From Eledone cirrhosa (Eukaryota), in NCBI GenBank assembly GCA_964016885.1, contig CAXHJY010001472.1, forward strand, positions 806,001 to 870,000: DNA of 64,000 bases, in the 5' to 3' direction. How positions within the stretch are numbered: the first letter of the stretch is position 1; each line of letters begins with the position of its first letter. Positions 40,001-53,700 of this stretch are shown here, in pieces. Both the position numbers and the translations under genes were made by a program. The notes beneath the pieces were generated by a model. It saw nothing but the letters and a program-made list of their open reading frames with translations. It ran no database searches and was not told the DNA's origin.

Positions 40001-43000
40001 GCTGGAAATTATCTCCCCTTGATTTTTTTTTACAAATTATCTGCCCCTGATTTTTTTTTACAAATTATCTCCCCCTGATTTTTTTTTACAAATTATCTCC
40101 GCCTGATTTTTAAAAAAAAATTATCTCCCCTTAGACGGCTGGAAATTATCTCCCCTTGGACGGCTGGAAATTATCTCCCCTTGGACGGCTAGAAATTGGA
40201 CGGCTGAAAATTATCTCCCCTTGGACGGCTGCAAATTATCTCCCCTTGATTTTTTTTACAAATTATCTCCCCCTGATTTTTTTTTACAAATTATCTCCCC
40301 CTGATTTTTTTTTTACAAATTATCTCCCCCTGATTTTTTTACAAATTATCTCCCCCTGATTTTTTTTACAATCTCCGCCTGATTTTTTAAAAAATTATCT
40401 TCCCTTGGCTGGCGGGAAATTATCTCCCCTTGGACGGCTGGAAATTATCTTCCCTTGGCTGGAAATTATCTCCCCTTGGACACTGGAAATTATAGCCCCT
40501 TGGAGGGCTGGAAATTATCTTCCCTTGGACGGCTGGAAATTATCTCCCCTTGATTTTTTTACAAATTATCTGCCCCTGATTTTTTTTTACAAATTATCTC
40601 CCCCTGATTTTTTTTTACAAATTATCTACCCCTGATTTTTTTTACAAATTATCTCCCCCTGATTTTTTTTTTACAAATTATCTCCCCCTGATTTTTTTAA
40701 AAATGATCTCCCCTTGGACGGCTGGAAATGATCTCCCCTTGGCTGGTTGGAAATTATCTCCCCTTGGACCGCTAGAAATTATCTCCCCTTGGACGGCTGG
40801 AAATTATCTCCCCTTGGTTGGAAATTATCTCCCCTTGGACGGCTAGAAATTATCTCCCCTTGGACACTGGAAATTATAGCCCCCTGGAGGGCTGGAAATT
40901 ATCTTCCCTTGGACGGCTGGAAATTATCTCCCCTTGATTTTTTTTACAAATTATCTCCCCCTGATTTTTTTTTTACAAATTATCTCCCCCTGATTTTTTT
41001 TACAAATTATCTCCCCCTGATTTTTTTACAAATTATCTCCGCCTGATTTTTTTAAAAATTATCTTCCCTTGGCTGGCGGGAAATTATCTCCCCTTGGACG
41101 GCTGGAAATTATCTCCCCTTGGAAGGATGGAAATTATCTCCCCTTGGACAGCTGGAAATTATCTCCCCTTGGACGGCTGAAAATTATCTCCCCTTGATTT
41201 TTTTTTTACAAATTATCTCCCCCTGATTTTTTTTTACAAATTATCTCCCCCTGATTTTTTTTTTACAAATTATCTCTCCCTGATTTTTTTTTACAAATAT
41301 CTCCCCTTGGCTGGCTGGAAATTATCTCCCCTTGGACGGTTGGAAATTATCTCCCCTTGGACGGCTGGAAATTATCTCCCCTTGGACGGCTGGAAATTAT
41401 CTCCTCTTGGACGGCTGGAAATTATCTCCCCTTGGACGGCTGGAAATTATCTGCCCTTGATTTTTTTTTACAAATTATCTCCCCCTGATTTTTTTAAAAA
41501 TGATCTCCCCTTGGACGGCTGGAAATGATCTCCCCTTGGCTGGTTGGAAATTATCTCCCCTTGGACCGCTAGAAATTATCTCTCCTTGGACGGCTGGAAA
41601 TTATCTCCCTTTGATTTTTTTACAAATTATCTCGTCCTGATTTTTTTTACAAATCTCCCAGTGATTTTTAAAAAAAAATTATCTCCCCTTCGCTGGCTGG
41701 AAATTATCTCACCTTGGACGCTGGAAATTATAGCCCCTTGGAGGGCTGGAAATTATCTTCACTTGGACGGCTGGAAATTATCTCCCCTTGATTTTTTTTA
41801 CAAATTATCTCCCCCTGATTTTTTTTTACAAATTATCTCCCCCGGATTTTTTTTTATAAATTATCTCCCCCTGATTTTTTTTAACAAATTATCTCCGCCT
41901 GATTTTTAAAAAAAAATTATCTCCCCTTAGACGGCTGGAAATTATCTCCCCTTGGACGGCTGGAAATTATCTCCCCTTGGACGGCTAGAAATTGGACGGC
42001 TGAAAATTATCTCCCCTTGGACGGCTGCAAATTATCTCCCCTTGATTTTTTTTACAAATTATCTCCCCCTGATTTTTTTTTACAAATTATCTCCCCCTGA
42101 TTTTTTTTTACAAATTATCTCCCCCTGATTTTTTTTTACAAATTATCTACCCCTGATTTTTTTTTACAAATTATCTCCCCCTGATTTTTTTTTACAAATT
42201 ATCTCCCCCTGATTTTTTTTTACAAATTATCTCCCCCTGATTTTTTTTTTACAAATTATCTCCCCCTGATTTTTTTACAAATTATCTCCCCCTGATTTTT
42301 TTTACAATCTCCGCCTGATTTTTTAAAAACTGATCTCCCCTTGGACGGCTGGAAATGATCTCCCCTTGGCTGGTTGGAAATTATCTCCCCTTGGACCGCT
42401 AGAAATTATCTCTCCTTGGACGGCTGGAAATTATCTTCCCTTGATTTTTTTACAAATTATCTCCCCCTGATTTTTTTTACAAATCTCCCAGTGATTTTTT
42501 AAAAAAAATTATCTCCCCTTCGCTGGCTGGAAATTATCTCCACTTGGACGCTGGAAATTATAGCCCCCTTGGAGGGCTGGAAATTATCTTCCCTTGGACG
42601 GCTGGAAATTATCTCCCCTTGATTTTTTTACAAATTATCTCCCCCTGATTTTTTTTTACAAATTATCTCCGCCTGATTTTTAAAAAAAATTATCTCCCCT
42701 TGGACGGCTGGAATTATCTCCCCTTGGACGGCTGGAAATTATCTCCCCTTGGACGGCTAGAAATTACCTCTCCTTGGACGGCTGAAAATTATCTCCCCTT
42801 GGACGGCTGCAAATTATCTCCCCTTGATTTTTTTTACAAATTATCTCCCCCTGATTTTTTTTTACAAATTATCTACCCCTGATTTTTTTTACAAATTATC
42901 TCCCCCTGATTTTTTTTTACAAATTATCTCCCCCTGATTTTTTTTTACAAATTTACTCCCCCTGATTTTTTTACAAATTATCTCCCCCTGATTTTTTTTA

Positions 43001-44545
43001 CAATCTCCGCCTGATTTTTTAAAAAATAATCTTCCCTTGGCTGGCGGGAAATTATCTCCCCTTGGACGGCTGGAAATTATCTCCCCTTGGAAGGATAGAA
43101 ATTATCTCCCCTTGGACGGCTGGAAATTATCTCCCCTTGCACGGCTGGAAATTATCTCCCCTTGGACAGCTGGAAATTATCTGCCCTTGATTTTGTTTTT
43201 ACAAATTATCTCCCCCTGATTTTTTTTACAAATTATCTCCACCTGATTTTTTAAAAAATTATCTCCCCTTGGACGGCTGGAAATTATCTCCCCTTGGCTG
43301 GAAATTATCTCCCCTTGGACGGCTAGAAATTATCTCTCTTTGGACGGCTGGAAATTATCTCCCTTTGATTTTTTTTACAAATTATCTCCCTCTGATTTTT
43401 TTTACAAATCTCCCCCTGATTTTTAAAAAAAAATTATCTCCCCTTCGCTGGCTGGAAATTATCTCCCCTTGGACACTGGAAATTATAGCCCCTTGGAGGG
43501 CTGGAAATTATCTTCCCTTGGACGGCTGGAAATTATCTCCCCTTGATTTTTTTTACAAATTATCTCCCCCTGATATTTTTTTTACAAATTATCTCCCCCT
43601 GATTTTTTTACAAATTATCTCCCCCTGATTTTTTTTACAAATTATCTCCGCCTGATTTTTTTAAATATTATCTTCCCTTGGCTGGCGGGAAATTATCTCC
43701 CCTTGGACGGTTGGAAATTATCTCCCCTTGCACTGCTGGAAATTATCTCCCCTTGGACGGCTGGAAATTATCTCCCCTTGATTTTTTTTTACAAACTATC
43801 TGCCCCTGATTTTTTTTTACAAATTATCTCCCCCTGATTTTTTTTTACAAATTATCTCCGCCTGATTTTTAAAAAAAAATTATCTCCCCTTAGACGGCTG
43901 GAAATTATCTCCCCTTGGACGGCTGGAAATTATCTCCCCTTGGACGGCTAGAAATTGGACGGCTGAAAATTATCTCCCCTTGGACGGCTGCAAATTATCT
44001 CCCCTTGATTTTTTTTACAAATTATCTCCCCCTGATTTTTTTTTACAAATTATCTCCCGCTGATTTTTTTTTTACAAATTATCTCCCCCTGATTTTTTTA
44101 CAAATTATCTCCCCCTGATTTTTTTTACAATCTCCGCCTGATTTTTTAAAAAATTATCTTCCCTTGGTTGGCGGGAAATTATCTCCCCTTGGACGGCTGG
44201 AAATTATCTGCCCTTGGCTGGAAATTATCTCCCCTTGGACACTGGAAATTATAGCCCCTTGGAGGGCTGGAAATTATCTTCCCTTGGACGGCTGGAAATT
44301 ATCTCCCCTTGATTTTTTTACAAATTATCTGCCCCTGATTTTTTTTTACAAATTATCTCCCCCTGATTTTTTTTTACAAATTATCTACCCCTGATTTTTT
44401 TTACAAATTATCTCCCCCTGATTTTTTTTTTACAAATTATCTCCCCCTGATTTTTTTAAAAATGATCTCCCCTTGGACGGCTGGAAATGATCTCCCCTTG
44501 GCTGGTTGGAAATTATCTCCCCTTGGACCGCTAGAAATTATCTCT
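37090..44545 (+). repeat. 3759-bp tandem duplication
   Basis: The offset is a constant 3759 (37548/41307, 38941/42700, 39510/43269, 40405/44164, 40747/44506). Both copies share a private ~51-bp deletion after the GCACTGCTGG monomer (~40000/~43760). Confidence 0.9.
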
Positions 44546-44729
44546 CCTTGGACGGCTGGAAATTATTTCCCCTTGATTTTTTTTACAAATCTCCCCCTAA
44601 TTTAAAAAAAAATTATCTCCCCTTCGCTGGCTGGAAATTATCTCCCTTTGGACGGCTGGAAATTATAGCCCCTTGTAGGGCTGGAAATTATCTCCCCTTG
44701 GACGGCTGGAAATTATCTCCCCTTGGCTG

Positions 44730-47700
44730 GTTGGAAATTATCTCCCCTTGGACCGCTAGAAATTATCTCTCCTTGGATGGCTGGAAATTATCTCCCCTTG
44801 ATTTTTCTACAAATTATCTCCCCCTGATTTTTTTTACAAATCTCCCAGTGATTTTTAAAAAAAATTTTCTCCCCTTCGCTGGCTGGAAATTATCTCCCCT
44901 TGGACGCTGGAAATTATAGCCCCTTGGAAGGCTGGAAATTATCTTCCCTTGGACGGCTGGAAATTATCTCCCCTTGATTTTTTTTTACAAATTATCTCCC
45001 CCTGATTTTTTTTTTTACAAATTATCTCCCCCTGATTTTTTTTAACAAATTATCTCCGCCTGATTTTTTTAAAAAAATTATCTCCCCTTGGACGGCTGGA
45101 AATTATCTCCCCTTGGACGGCTGGAAATTATCTCCCCTTGGACGGCTAGAAATTACCTCTCCTTGGACGGCTGAAAATTATCTCCCCTTGGACGGCTGCA
45201 AATTATCTCCCCTTGATTTTTTTTACAAATTATCTCCCCTTGATTTTTTTTTACAAATTATCTCCCCCTGATTTTTTTTACAAATTATCTTCCCTTGGAC
45301 GGCTGGAAATTATCTCCCCTTGGAAGGATGGAAATTATCTCCCCTTCGACGGCTGGAAATTATCTCCCCTTGCACGGCTGGAAATTATCTCCCCTTGGAC
45401 AGCTGGAAATTATCTGCCCTTGATTTTGTTTTTACAAATTATCTCCCCCTGATTTTTTTTACAAATTATCTCCACCTGATTTTTTTAAAAATTATCTCCC
45501 CTTGGACGGCTGGAAATTATCTCCCCTTGGCTGGAAATTATCTCCCCTTGGACGGCTAGAAATTATCTCTCTTTGGACGGCTGGAAATTATCTCCCTTTG
45601 ATTTTTTTAACAAATTATCTCCCTCTGATTTTTTTTACAAATCTCCCCCTGATTTTTTTAAAAAAATTATCTCCCCTTCGCTGGCTGGAAATTATCTCCC
45701 CTTGGACACTGGAAATTATAGCCCCCTGGAGGGCTGGAAATTATCTTCCCTTGGACGGCTGGAAATTATCTCCCCTTGATTTTTTTTACAAATTATCTCC
45801 CCCTGATTTTTTTTTACAAATTATCTCCCCCTGATTTTTTTACAAATTATCTCCCCCTGATTTTTTTTTACAAATTATCTCCCCCTGATATTTTTTTTAC
45901 AAATTATCTCCGCCTGATTTTTTAAAAAAAATTATCTCCCCTTGGACGGCTGGAAATTATCTCCCCTTGGACGGCTGGAAATTATCTCCCCTTGGACGGC
46001 TAGAAATTACCTCTCCTTGGACGGCTGAAAATTATCTCCCCTTGGACGGCTGCAAATTATCTCCCCTTGATTTTTTTTACAAATTATCTCCCCCTGATTT
46101 TTTTTTTACAAATTATCTCCCCCTGATTTTTTTTTTACAAATCTCCGCCTGATTTTTAAAAAAAATTATCTCCCCTTGGACGGCTGGAAATTATCTCCCC
46201 TTGGGCGGCTGGAAATTATCTTCCCTTGGACGGCTAGAAATTACCTCTCCTTGGACGGCTGAAAATTATCTCCCCTTGGACGGCTGGAAATTATCTCCCC
46301 TTGATTTTTTTACAAATTATCTGCCCCTGATTTTTTTTTTACAAATTATCTCCCCCTGATTTTTTTAAAAATGATCTCCCCTTGGACGGCTGGAAATGAT
46401 CTCCCCTTGGCTGGTTGGAAATTATCTCCCCTTGGACCGCTAGAAATAATCTCTCCTTGGACGGCTGGAAATTATCTCCCCTTGATTTTTTTTACAAATC
46501 TCCCCCTAATTTAAAAAAAAATTATCTCCCCTTCGCTGGCTGGAAATTATCTCCCTTTGGACGGCTGGAAATTATAGCCCCTTGTAGGGCTGGAAATTAT
46601 CTCCCCTTGGACGGCTGGAAATTATCTCCCCTTGATTTTCTTTACAAATTATCTCCCCCTGACTTTTTAAAAAATGATCTCCCCTTGGACGGCTGGAAAT
46701 GATCTCCCCTTGGCTGGTTGGAAATTTTCTCCCCTTGGACCGCTAGAAATTATCTCTCCTTGGACGGCTGGAAATTATCTCCCCTTGATTTTTTTACAAA
46801 TTATCTCCCCCTGATTTTTTTTACAAATCTCCCAGTGATTTTTTAAAAAAATTATCTCCCCTTCGCTGGCTGGAAATTATCTCCCCTTGGACGCTGGAAA
46901 TTATAGCCCCTTGGAGGGCTGGAAATTATCTTCCCTTGGACGGCTGGAAATTATCTCCCCTTGATTTTTTTTACAAATTATCTCCCCCTGATTTTTTTTA
47001 CAAATTATCTCCCCCTGATTTTTTTTACAAATTATCTCCCCCTGATTTTTTTTAACAAATTATCTCCCCTTGGACGGCTGGAAATTATCTCCCCTTGGAC
47101 GGCTGGAAATTATCTCCCCTTGGACGGCTAGAAATTACCTCTCCTTGGACAGCCGAAAATTATCTCCCCTTGGACGGCTGCAAATTATCTCCCCTTGATT
47201 TTTTTTACAAATTATCTCCCCTTGATTTTTTTTTACAAATTATCTCCCCCTGATTTTTTTTACAAATTATCTCCCCCTGATTTTTTTTTACAAATTATCT
47301 CCCCCTGATTTTTTTTACAAAATATCTCCCCCTGATTTTTTTACAAATTATCTCCCCCTGATTTTTTTTACAATCTCCGCCTGATTTTTTTAAAAATTAT
47401 CTTGCCTTGGCTGGCTGGAAATTATCTCCCCTTGGACGGCTGGAAATTATCTCCCCTTGGAAGGATGGAAATTATCTCCCCTTGGACGGCTGGAAATTAT
47501 CTCCCCTTGCACGGCTGGAAATTATCTCCCCTTGGACAGCTGGAAATTATCTGCCCTTGATTTTGTTTTTACAAATTATGTTCCCCTGATTTTTTTTACA
47601 AATTATCTCCACCTGATTTTTTAAAAAATTATCTCCCCTTGGACGGCTGGAAATTATCTCCCCTTGGTTGGAAATTATCTCCCCTTGGACGGCTAGAAAT

Positions 47701-50700
47701 TATCTCTGTTTGGACGGCTGGAAATTATCTCCCTTTGATTTTTTTAACAAATTATCTCCCTCTGATTTTTTTTACAAATCTCCCCCTGATTTTTTTAAAA
47801 AAATTATCTCCCCTTCGCTGGCTGGAAATTATCTCCCCTTGGACACTGGAAATTATAGCCCCCTGGAGGGCTGGAAATTATCTTCCCTTGGACGGCTGGA
47901 AATTATCTCCCCTTGATTTTTTTTACAAATTATCTCCCCCTGATTTTTTTTTTACAAATTATCTTCCCTTGGCTGGCGGGAAATTATCTCCCCTTGGACG
48001 GCTGGAAATTATCTCCCCTTGGAAGGATGGAAATTATCTCCCCTTGGACAGCTGGAAATTATCTCCCCTTGGACGGCTGAAAATTATCTCCCCTTGATTT
48101 TTTTTTTACAAATTATCTCCCCCTGATTTTTTTTTACAAATTATCTCCCCCTGATTTTTTTTTTACAAATTATCTCTCCCTGATTTTTTTTTACAAATAT
48201 CTCCCCTTGGCTGGCTGGAAATTATCTCCCCTTGGACGGTTGGAAATTATCTCCCCTTGGACGGCTGGAAATTATCTCCCCTTGGACGGCTGGAAATTAT
48301 CTCCTCTTGGACGGCTGGAAATTATCTCCCCTTGGACGGCTGGAAATTATCTGCCCTTGATTTTTTTTTACAAATTATCTCCCCCTGATTTTTTTAAAAA
48401 TGATCTCCCCTTGGACGGCTGGAAATGATCTCCCCTTGGCTGGTTGGAAATTATCTCCCCTTGGACCGCTAGAAATTATCTCTCCTTGGACGGCTGGAAA
48501 TTATCTCCCCTTGATTTTTTTACAAATTATCTCGTCCTGATTTTTTTTACAAATCTCCCAGTGATTTTTAAAAAAAAATTATCTCCCCTTCGCTGGCTGG
48601 AAATTATCTCACCTTGGACGCTGGAAATTATAGCCCCTTGGAGGGCTGGAAATTATCTTCACTTGGACGGCTGGAAATTACCTCCCCTTGATTTTTTTTA
48701 CAAATTATCTCCCCCTGATTTTTTTTTACAAATTATCTCCCCCGGATTTTTTTTTATAAATTATCTCCCCCTGATTTTTTTTAACAAATTATCTCCGCCT
48801 GATTTTTAAAAAAAAATTATCTCCCCTTAGACGGCTGGAAATTATCTCCCCTTGGACGGCTGGAAATTATCTCCCCTTGGACGGCTAGAAATTGGACGGC
48901 TGAAAATTATCTCCCCTTGGACGGCTGCAAATTATCTCCCCTTGATTTTTTTTACAAATTATCTCCCCCTGATTTTTTTTTACAAATTATCTCCCCCTGA
49001 TTTTTTTTTACAAATTATCTCCCCCTGATTTTTTTTTACAAATTATCTACCCCTGATTTTTTTTTACAAATTATCTCCCCCTGATTTTTTTTTACAAATT
49101 ATCTCCCCCTGATTTTTTTTTTACAAATTATCTCCCCCTGATTTTTTTACAAATTATCTCCCCCTGATTTTTTTTACAATCTCCGCCTGATTTTTTAAAA
49201 AATGATCTCCCCTTGGACGGCTGGAAATGATCTCCCCTTGGCTGGTTGGAAATTATCTCCCCTTGGACCGCTAGAAATTATCTCTCCTTGGACGGCTGGA
49301 AATTATCTCCCCTTAATTTTTTTACAAATTATCTCCCCCTGATTTTTTTTACAAATCTCCCAGTGATTTTTAAAAAAAAATTATCTCCCCTTCGCTGGCT
49401 GGAAATTATCTCCCCTTGGACGCTGGAAATTATAGCCCCCTTGGAGGGCTGGAAATTATCTTCCCTTGGACGGCTGGAAATTATCTCCCCTTGATTTTTT
49501 TTACAAATTATCTCCCCCTGATTTTTTTTTACAAATTATCTCCGCCTGATTTTTAAAAAAAAATTATCTCCCCTTGGACGGCTGGAATTATCTCCCCTTG
49601 GACGGCTGGAAATTATCTCCCCTTGGACGGCTAGAAATTACCTCTCCTTGGACGGCTGAAAATTATCTCCCCTTGGACGGCTGCAAATTATCTCCCCTTG
49701 ATTTTTTTTACAAATTATCTCCCCCTGATTTTTTTTTACAAATTATCTACCCCTGATTTTTTTTACAAATTATCTCCCCCTGATTTTTTTTTACAAATTA
49801 TCTCCCCCTGATTTTTTTTTACAAATTATCTCCCCCTGATTTTTTTTACAAATTATCTCCCCCTGATTTTTTTTACAATCTCCGCCTGATTTTTTAAAAA
49901 ATAATCTTCCCTTGGCTGGCGGGAAATTATCTCCCCTTGGACGGCTGGAAATTATCTCCCCTTGGAAGGATAGAAATTATCTCCCCTTGGACGGCTGGAA
50001 ATTATCTCCCCTTGCACGGCTGGAAATTATCTCCCCTTGGACAGCTGGAAATTATCTGCCCTTGATTTTGTTTTTACAAATTATCTCCCCCTGATTTTTT
50101 TTACAAATTATCTCCACCTGATTTTTTAAAAAATTATCTCCCCTTGGACGGCTGGAAATTATCTCCCCTTGGCTGGAAATTATCTCCCCTTGGACGGCTA
50201 GAAATTATCTCTCTTTGGACGGCTGGAAATTATCTCCCTTTGATTTTTTTTACAAATTATCTCCCTCTGATTTTTTTTACAAATCTCCCCCTGATTTTTA
50301 AAAAAAAATTATCTCCCCTTCGCTGGCTGGAAATTATCTCCCCTTGGACACTGGAAATTATAGCCCCTTGGAGGGCTGGAAATTATCTTCCCTTGGACGG
50401 CTGGAAATTATCTCCCCTTGATTTTTTTTACAAATTATCTCCCCCTGATATTTTTTTTACAAATTATCTCCCCCTGATTTTTTTACAAATTATCTCCCCC
50501 TGATTTTTTTTACAAATTATCTCCGCCTGATTTTTTTAAATATTATCTTCCCTTGGCTGGCGGGAAATTATCTCCCCTTGGACGGTTGGAAATTATCTCC
50601 CCTTGCACTGCTGGAAATTATCTCCCCTTGGACGGCTGGAAATTATCTCCCCTTGCACGGCTGGAAATTATCATCCCCTTGGACGGCTGAAAATTATCTC

Positions 50701-53700
50701 CCCTTGATTTTTTTTACAAATTATCTGCCCCTGATTTTTTTTTACAAATTATCTCCCCCTGATTTTTTTTACAAATTATCTCCGCCTGATTTTTAAAAAA
50801 AAATTATCTCCCCTTAGACGGCTGGAAATTATCTCCCCTTGGACGGCTGGAAATTATCTCCCCTTGGACGGCTAGAAATTGGACGGCTGAAAATTATCTC
50901 CCCTTGGACGGCTGCAAATTATCTCCCCTTGATTTTTTTTACAAATTATCTCCCCCTGATTTTTTTTTACAAATTATCTCCCCCTGATTTTTTTTTTACA
51001 AATTATCTCCCCCTGATTTTTTTACAAATTATCTCCCCCTGATTTTTTTTACAAACTCCGCCTGATTTTTTAAAAAATTATCTTCCCTTGGCTGGCGGGA
51101 AATTATCTCCCCTTGGACGGCTGGAAATTATCTCCCCTTGGCTGGAAATTATCTCCCCTTGGACACTGGAAATTATGGCCCCTTGGAGGGCTGGAAATTA
51201 TCTTCCCTTGAACGGCTGGAAATTATCTCCCCTTGATTTTTTTACAAATTATCTGCCCCTGATTTTTTTTTACAAATTATCTCCCCCTGATTTTTTTTTT
51301 ACAAATTATCTACCCCTGATTTTTTTTACAAATTATCTCCCCCTGATTTTTTTTTTACAAATTATCTCCCCCTGATTTTTTAAAAAATGATCTCCCCTTG
51401 GACGGCTGGAAATGATCTCCCCTTGGCTGGTTGGAAATTATCTCCCCTTGGACCGCTAGAAATTATCTCTCCTTGGACGGCTGGAAATTATTTCCCCTTG
51501 ATTTTTTTTACAAATCTCCCCCTAATTTAAAAAAAAATTATCTCCCCTTCGCTGGCTGGAAATTATCTCCCTTTGGACGGCTGGAAATTATAGCCCCTTG
51601 TAGGGCTGGAAATTATCTCCCCTTGGACGGCTGGAAATTATCTCCCCTTGATTTTTTTTACAAATTATCTCCCCCTGATTTTTTTAAAAATGATCTCCCC
51701 TTGGACGGCTGGAAATGATCTCCCCTTGGCTGGTTGGAAATTATCTCCCCTTGGACCGCTAGAAATTATCTCTCCTTGGATGGCTGGAAATTATCTCCCC
51801 TTGATTTTTCTACAAATTATCTCCCCCTGATTTTTTTTACAAATCTCCCAGTGATTTTTAAAAAAAATTTTCTCCCCTTCGCTGGCTGGAAATTATCTCC
51901 CCTTGGACGCTGGAAATTATAGCCCCTTGGAAGGCTGGAAATTATCTTCCCTTGGACGGCTGGAAATTATCTCCCCTTGATTTTTTTTACAAATTATCTC
52001 CCCCTGATTTTTTTTTTACAAATTATCTCCCCCTGATTTTTTTTAACAAATTATCTCCGCCTGATTTTTTTAAAAAAATTATCTCCCCTTGGACGGCTGG
52101 AAATTATCTCCCCTTGGACGGCTGGAAATTATCTCCCCTTGGACGGCTAGAAATTACCTCTCCTTGGACGGCTGAAAATTATCTCCCCTTGGACGGCTGC
52201 AAATTATCTCCCCTTGATTTTTTTTACAAATTATCTCCCCTTGATTTTTTTTTATAAATTATCTCCCCCTGATTTTTTTTACAAATTATCTTCCCTTGGA
52301 CGGCTGGAAATTATCTCCCCTTGGAAGGATGGAAATTATCTCCCCTTGGACGGCTGGAAATTATCTCCCCTTGCACGGCTGGAAATTATCTCCCCTTGGA
52401 CAGCTGGAAATTATCTGCCCTTGATTTTTTTTTACAAATTATCTCCCCCTGATTTTTTTTTACAAATTATCTCCCCCTGATTTTTTTTTTACAAATTATC
52501 TCCGCCTGATTTTTTTTTTAAATTATCTCCCCTTGGACGGCTGGAAATTATCTCCCCTTGGACGGCTGGAAATTATCTTCCCTTGGACGGCTAGAAATTA
52601 CCTCTCCTTGGACGGCTGAAAATTATCTCCCCTTGGACGGCTGGAAATTATCTCCCCTTGATTTTTTTACAAATTATCTGCCCCTGATTTTTTTTTACAA
52701 ATTATCTCCCCCTGATTTTTTTTTACAAATTATCTCCCCCTGATTTTTTTTTACTAATTATCTCCCCCTGATTTTTTTTTTACAAATTATCTCCCCCTGA
52801 TTTTTTTACAAATTATCTCCCCCTGATTTTTTTTACAATCTCCGCCTGATTTTTTAAAAAATTATCTTCCCTTGGCTGGCGGGAAATTATCTCCCCTTGG
52901 ACGGCTGGAAATTATCTCCCCTTGGCTGGAAATTATCTCCCCTTGGACACTGGAAATTATAGCCCCTTGGAGGGCTGGAAATTATCTTCCCTTGGACGGC
53001 TGGAAATTATCTCCCCTTGATTTTTTTACAAATTATCTGCCCCTGATTTTTTTTTTACAAATTATCTCCCCCTGATTTTTTTTTACAAATTATCTACCCC
53101 TGATTTTTTTTACAAATTATCTCCCCCTGATTTTTTTTTACAAATTATCTCCCCCTGATTTTTTAAAAAATGATCTCCCCTTGGACTGCTGGAAATGATC
53201 TCCCCTTGGCTGGTTGGAAATTATCTCCCCTTGGACCGCTAGAAATTATCTCTCCTTGGACGGCTGGAAATTATTTCCCCTTGATTTTTTTTACAAATCT
53301 CCCCCTAATTTAAAAAAAAATTATCTCCCCTTCGCTGGCTGGAAATTATCTCCCTTTGGACGGCTGGAAATTATAGCCCCTTGTAGGGCTGGAAATTATC
53401 TCCCCTTGGACGGCTGGAAATTATCTCCCCTTGATTTTTTTTACAAATTATCTCCCCCTGATTTTTTTAAAAATGATCTCCCCTTGGACGGCTGGAAATG
53501 ATCTCCCCTTGGCTGGTTGGAAATTATCTCCCCTTGGACCGCTAGAAATTATCTCTCCTTGGATGGCTGGAAATTATCTCCCCTTGATTTTTTTACAAAT
53601 TATCTCCCCCTGATTTTTTTACAAATCTCCCAGTGATTTTTAAAAAAAATTTTCTCCCCTTCGCTGGCTGGAAATTATCTCCCCTTGGACGCTGGAAATT

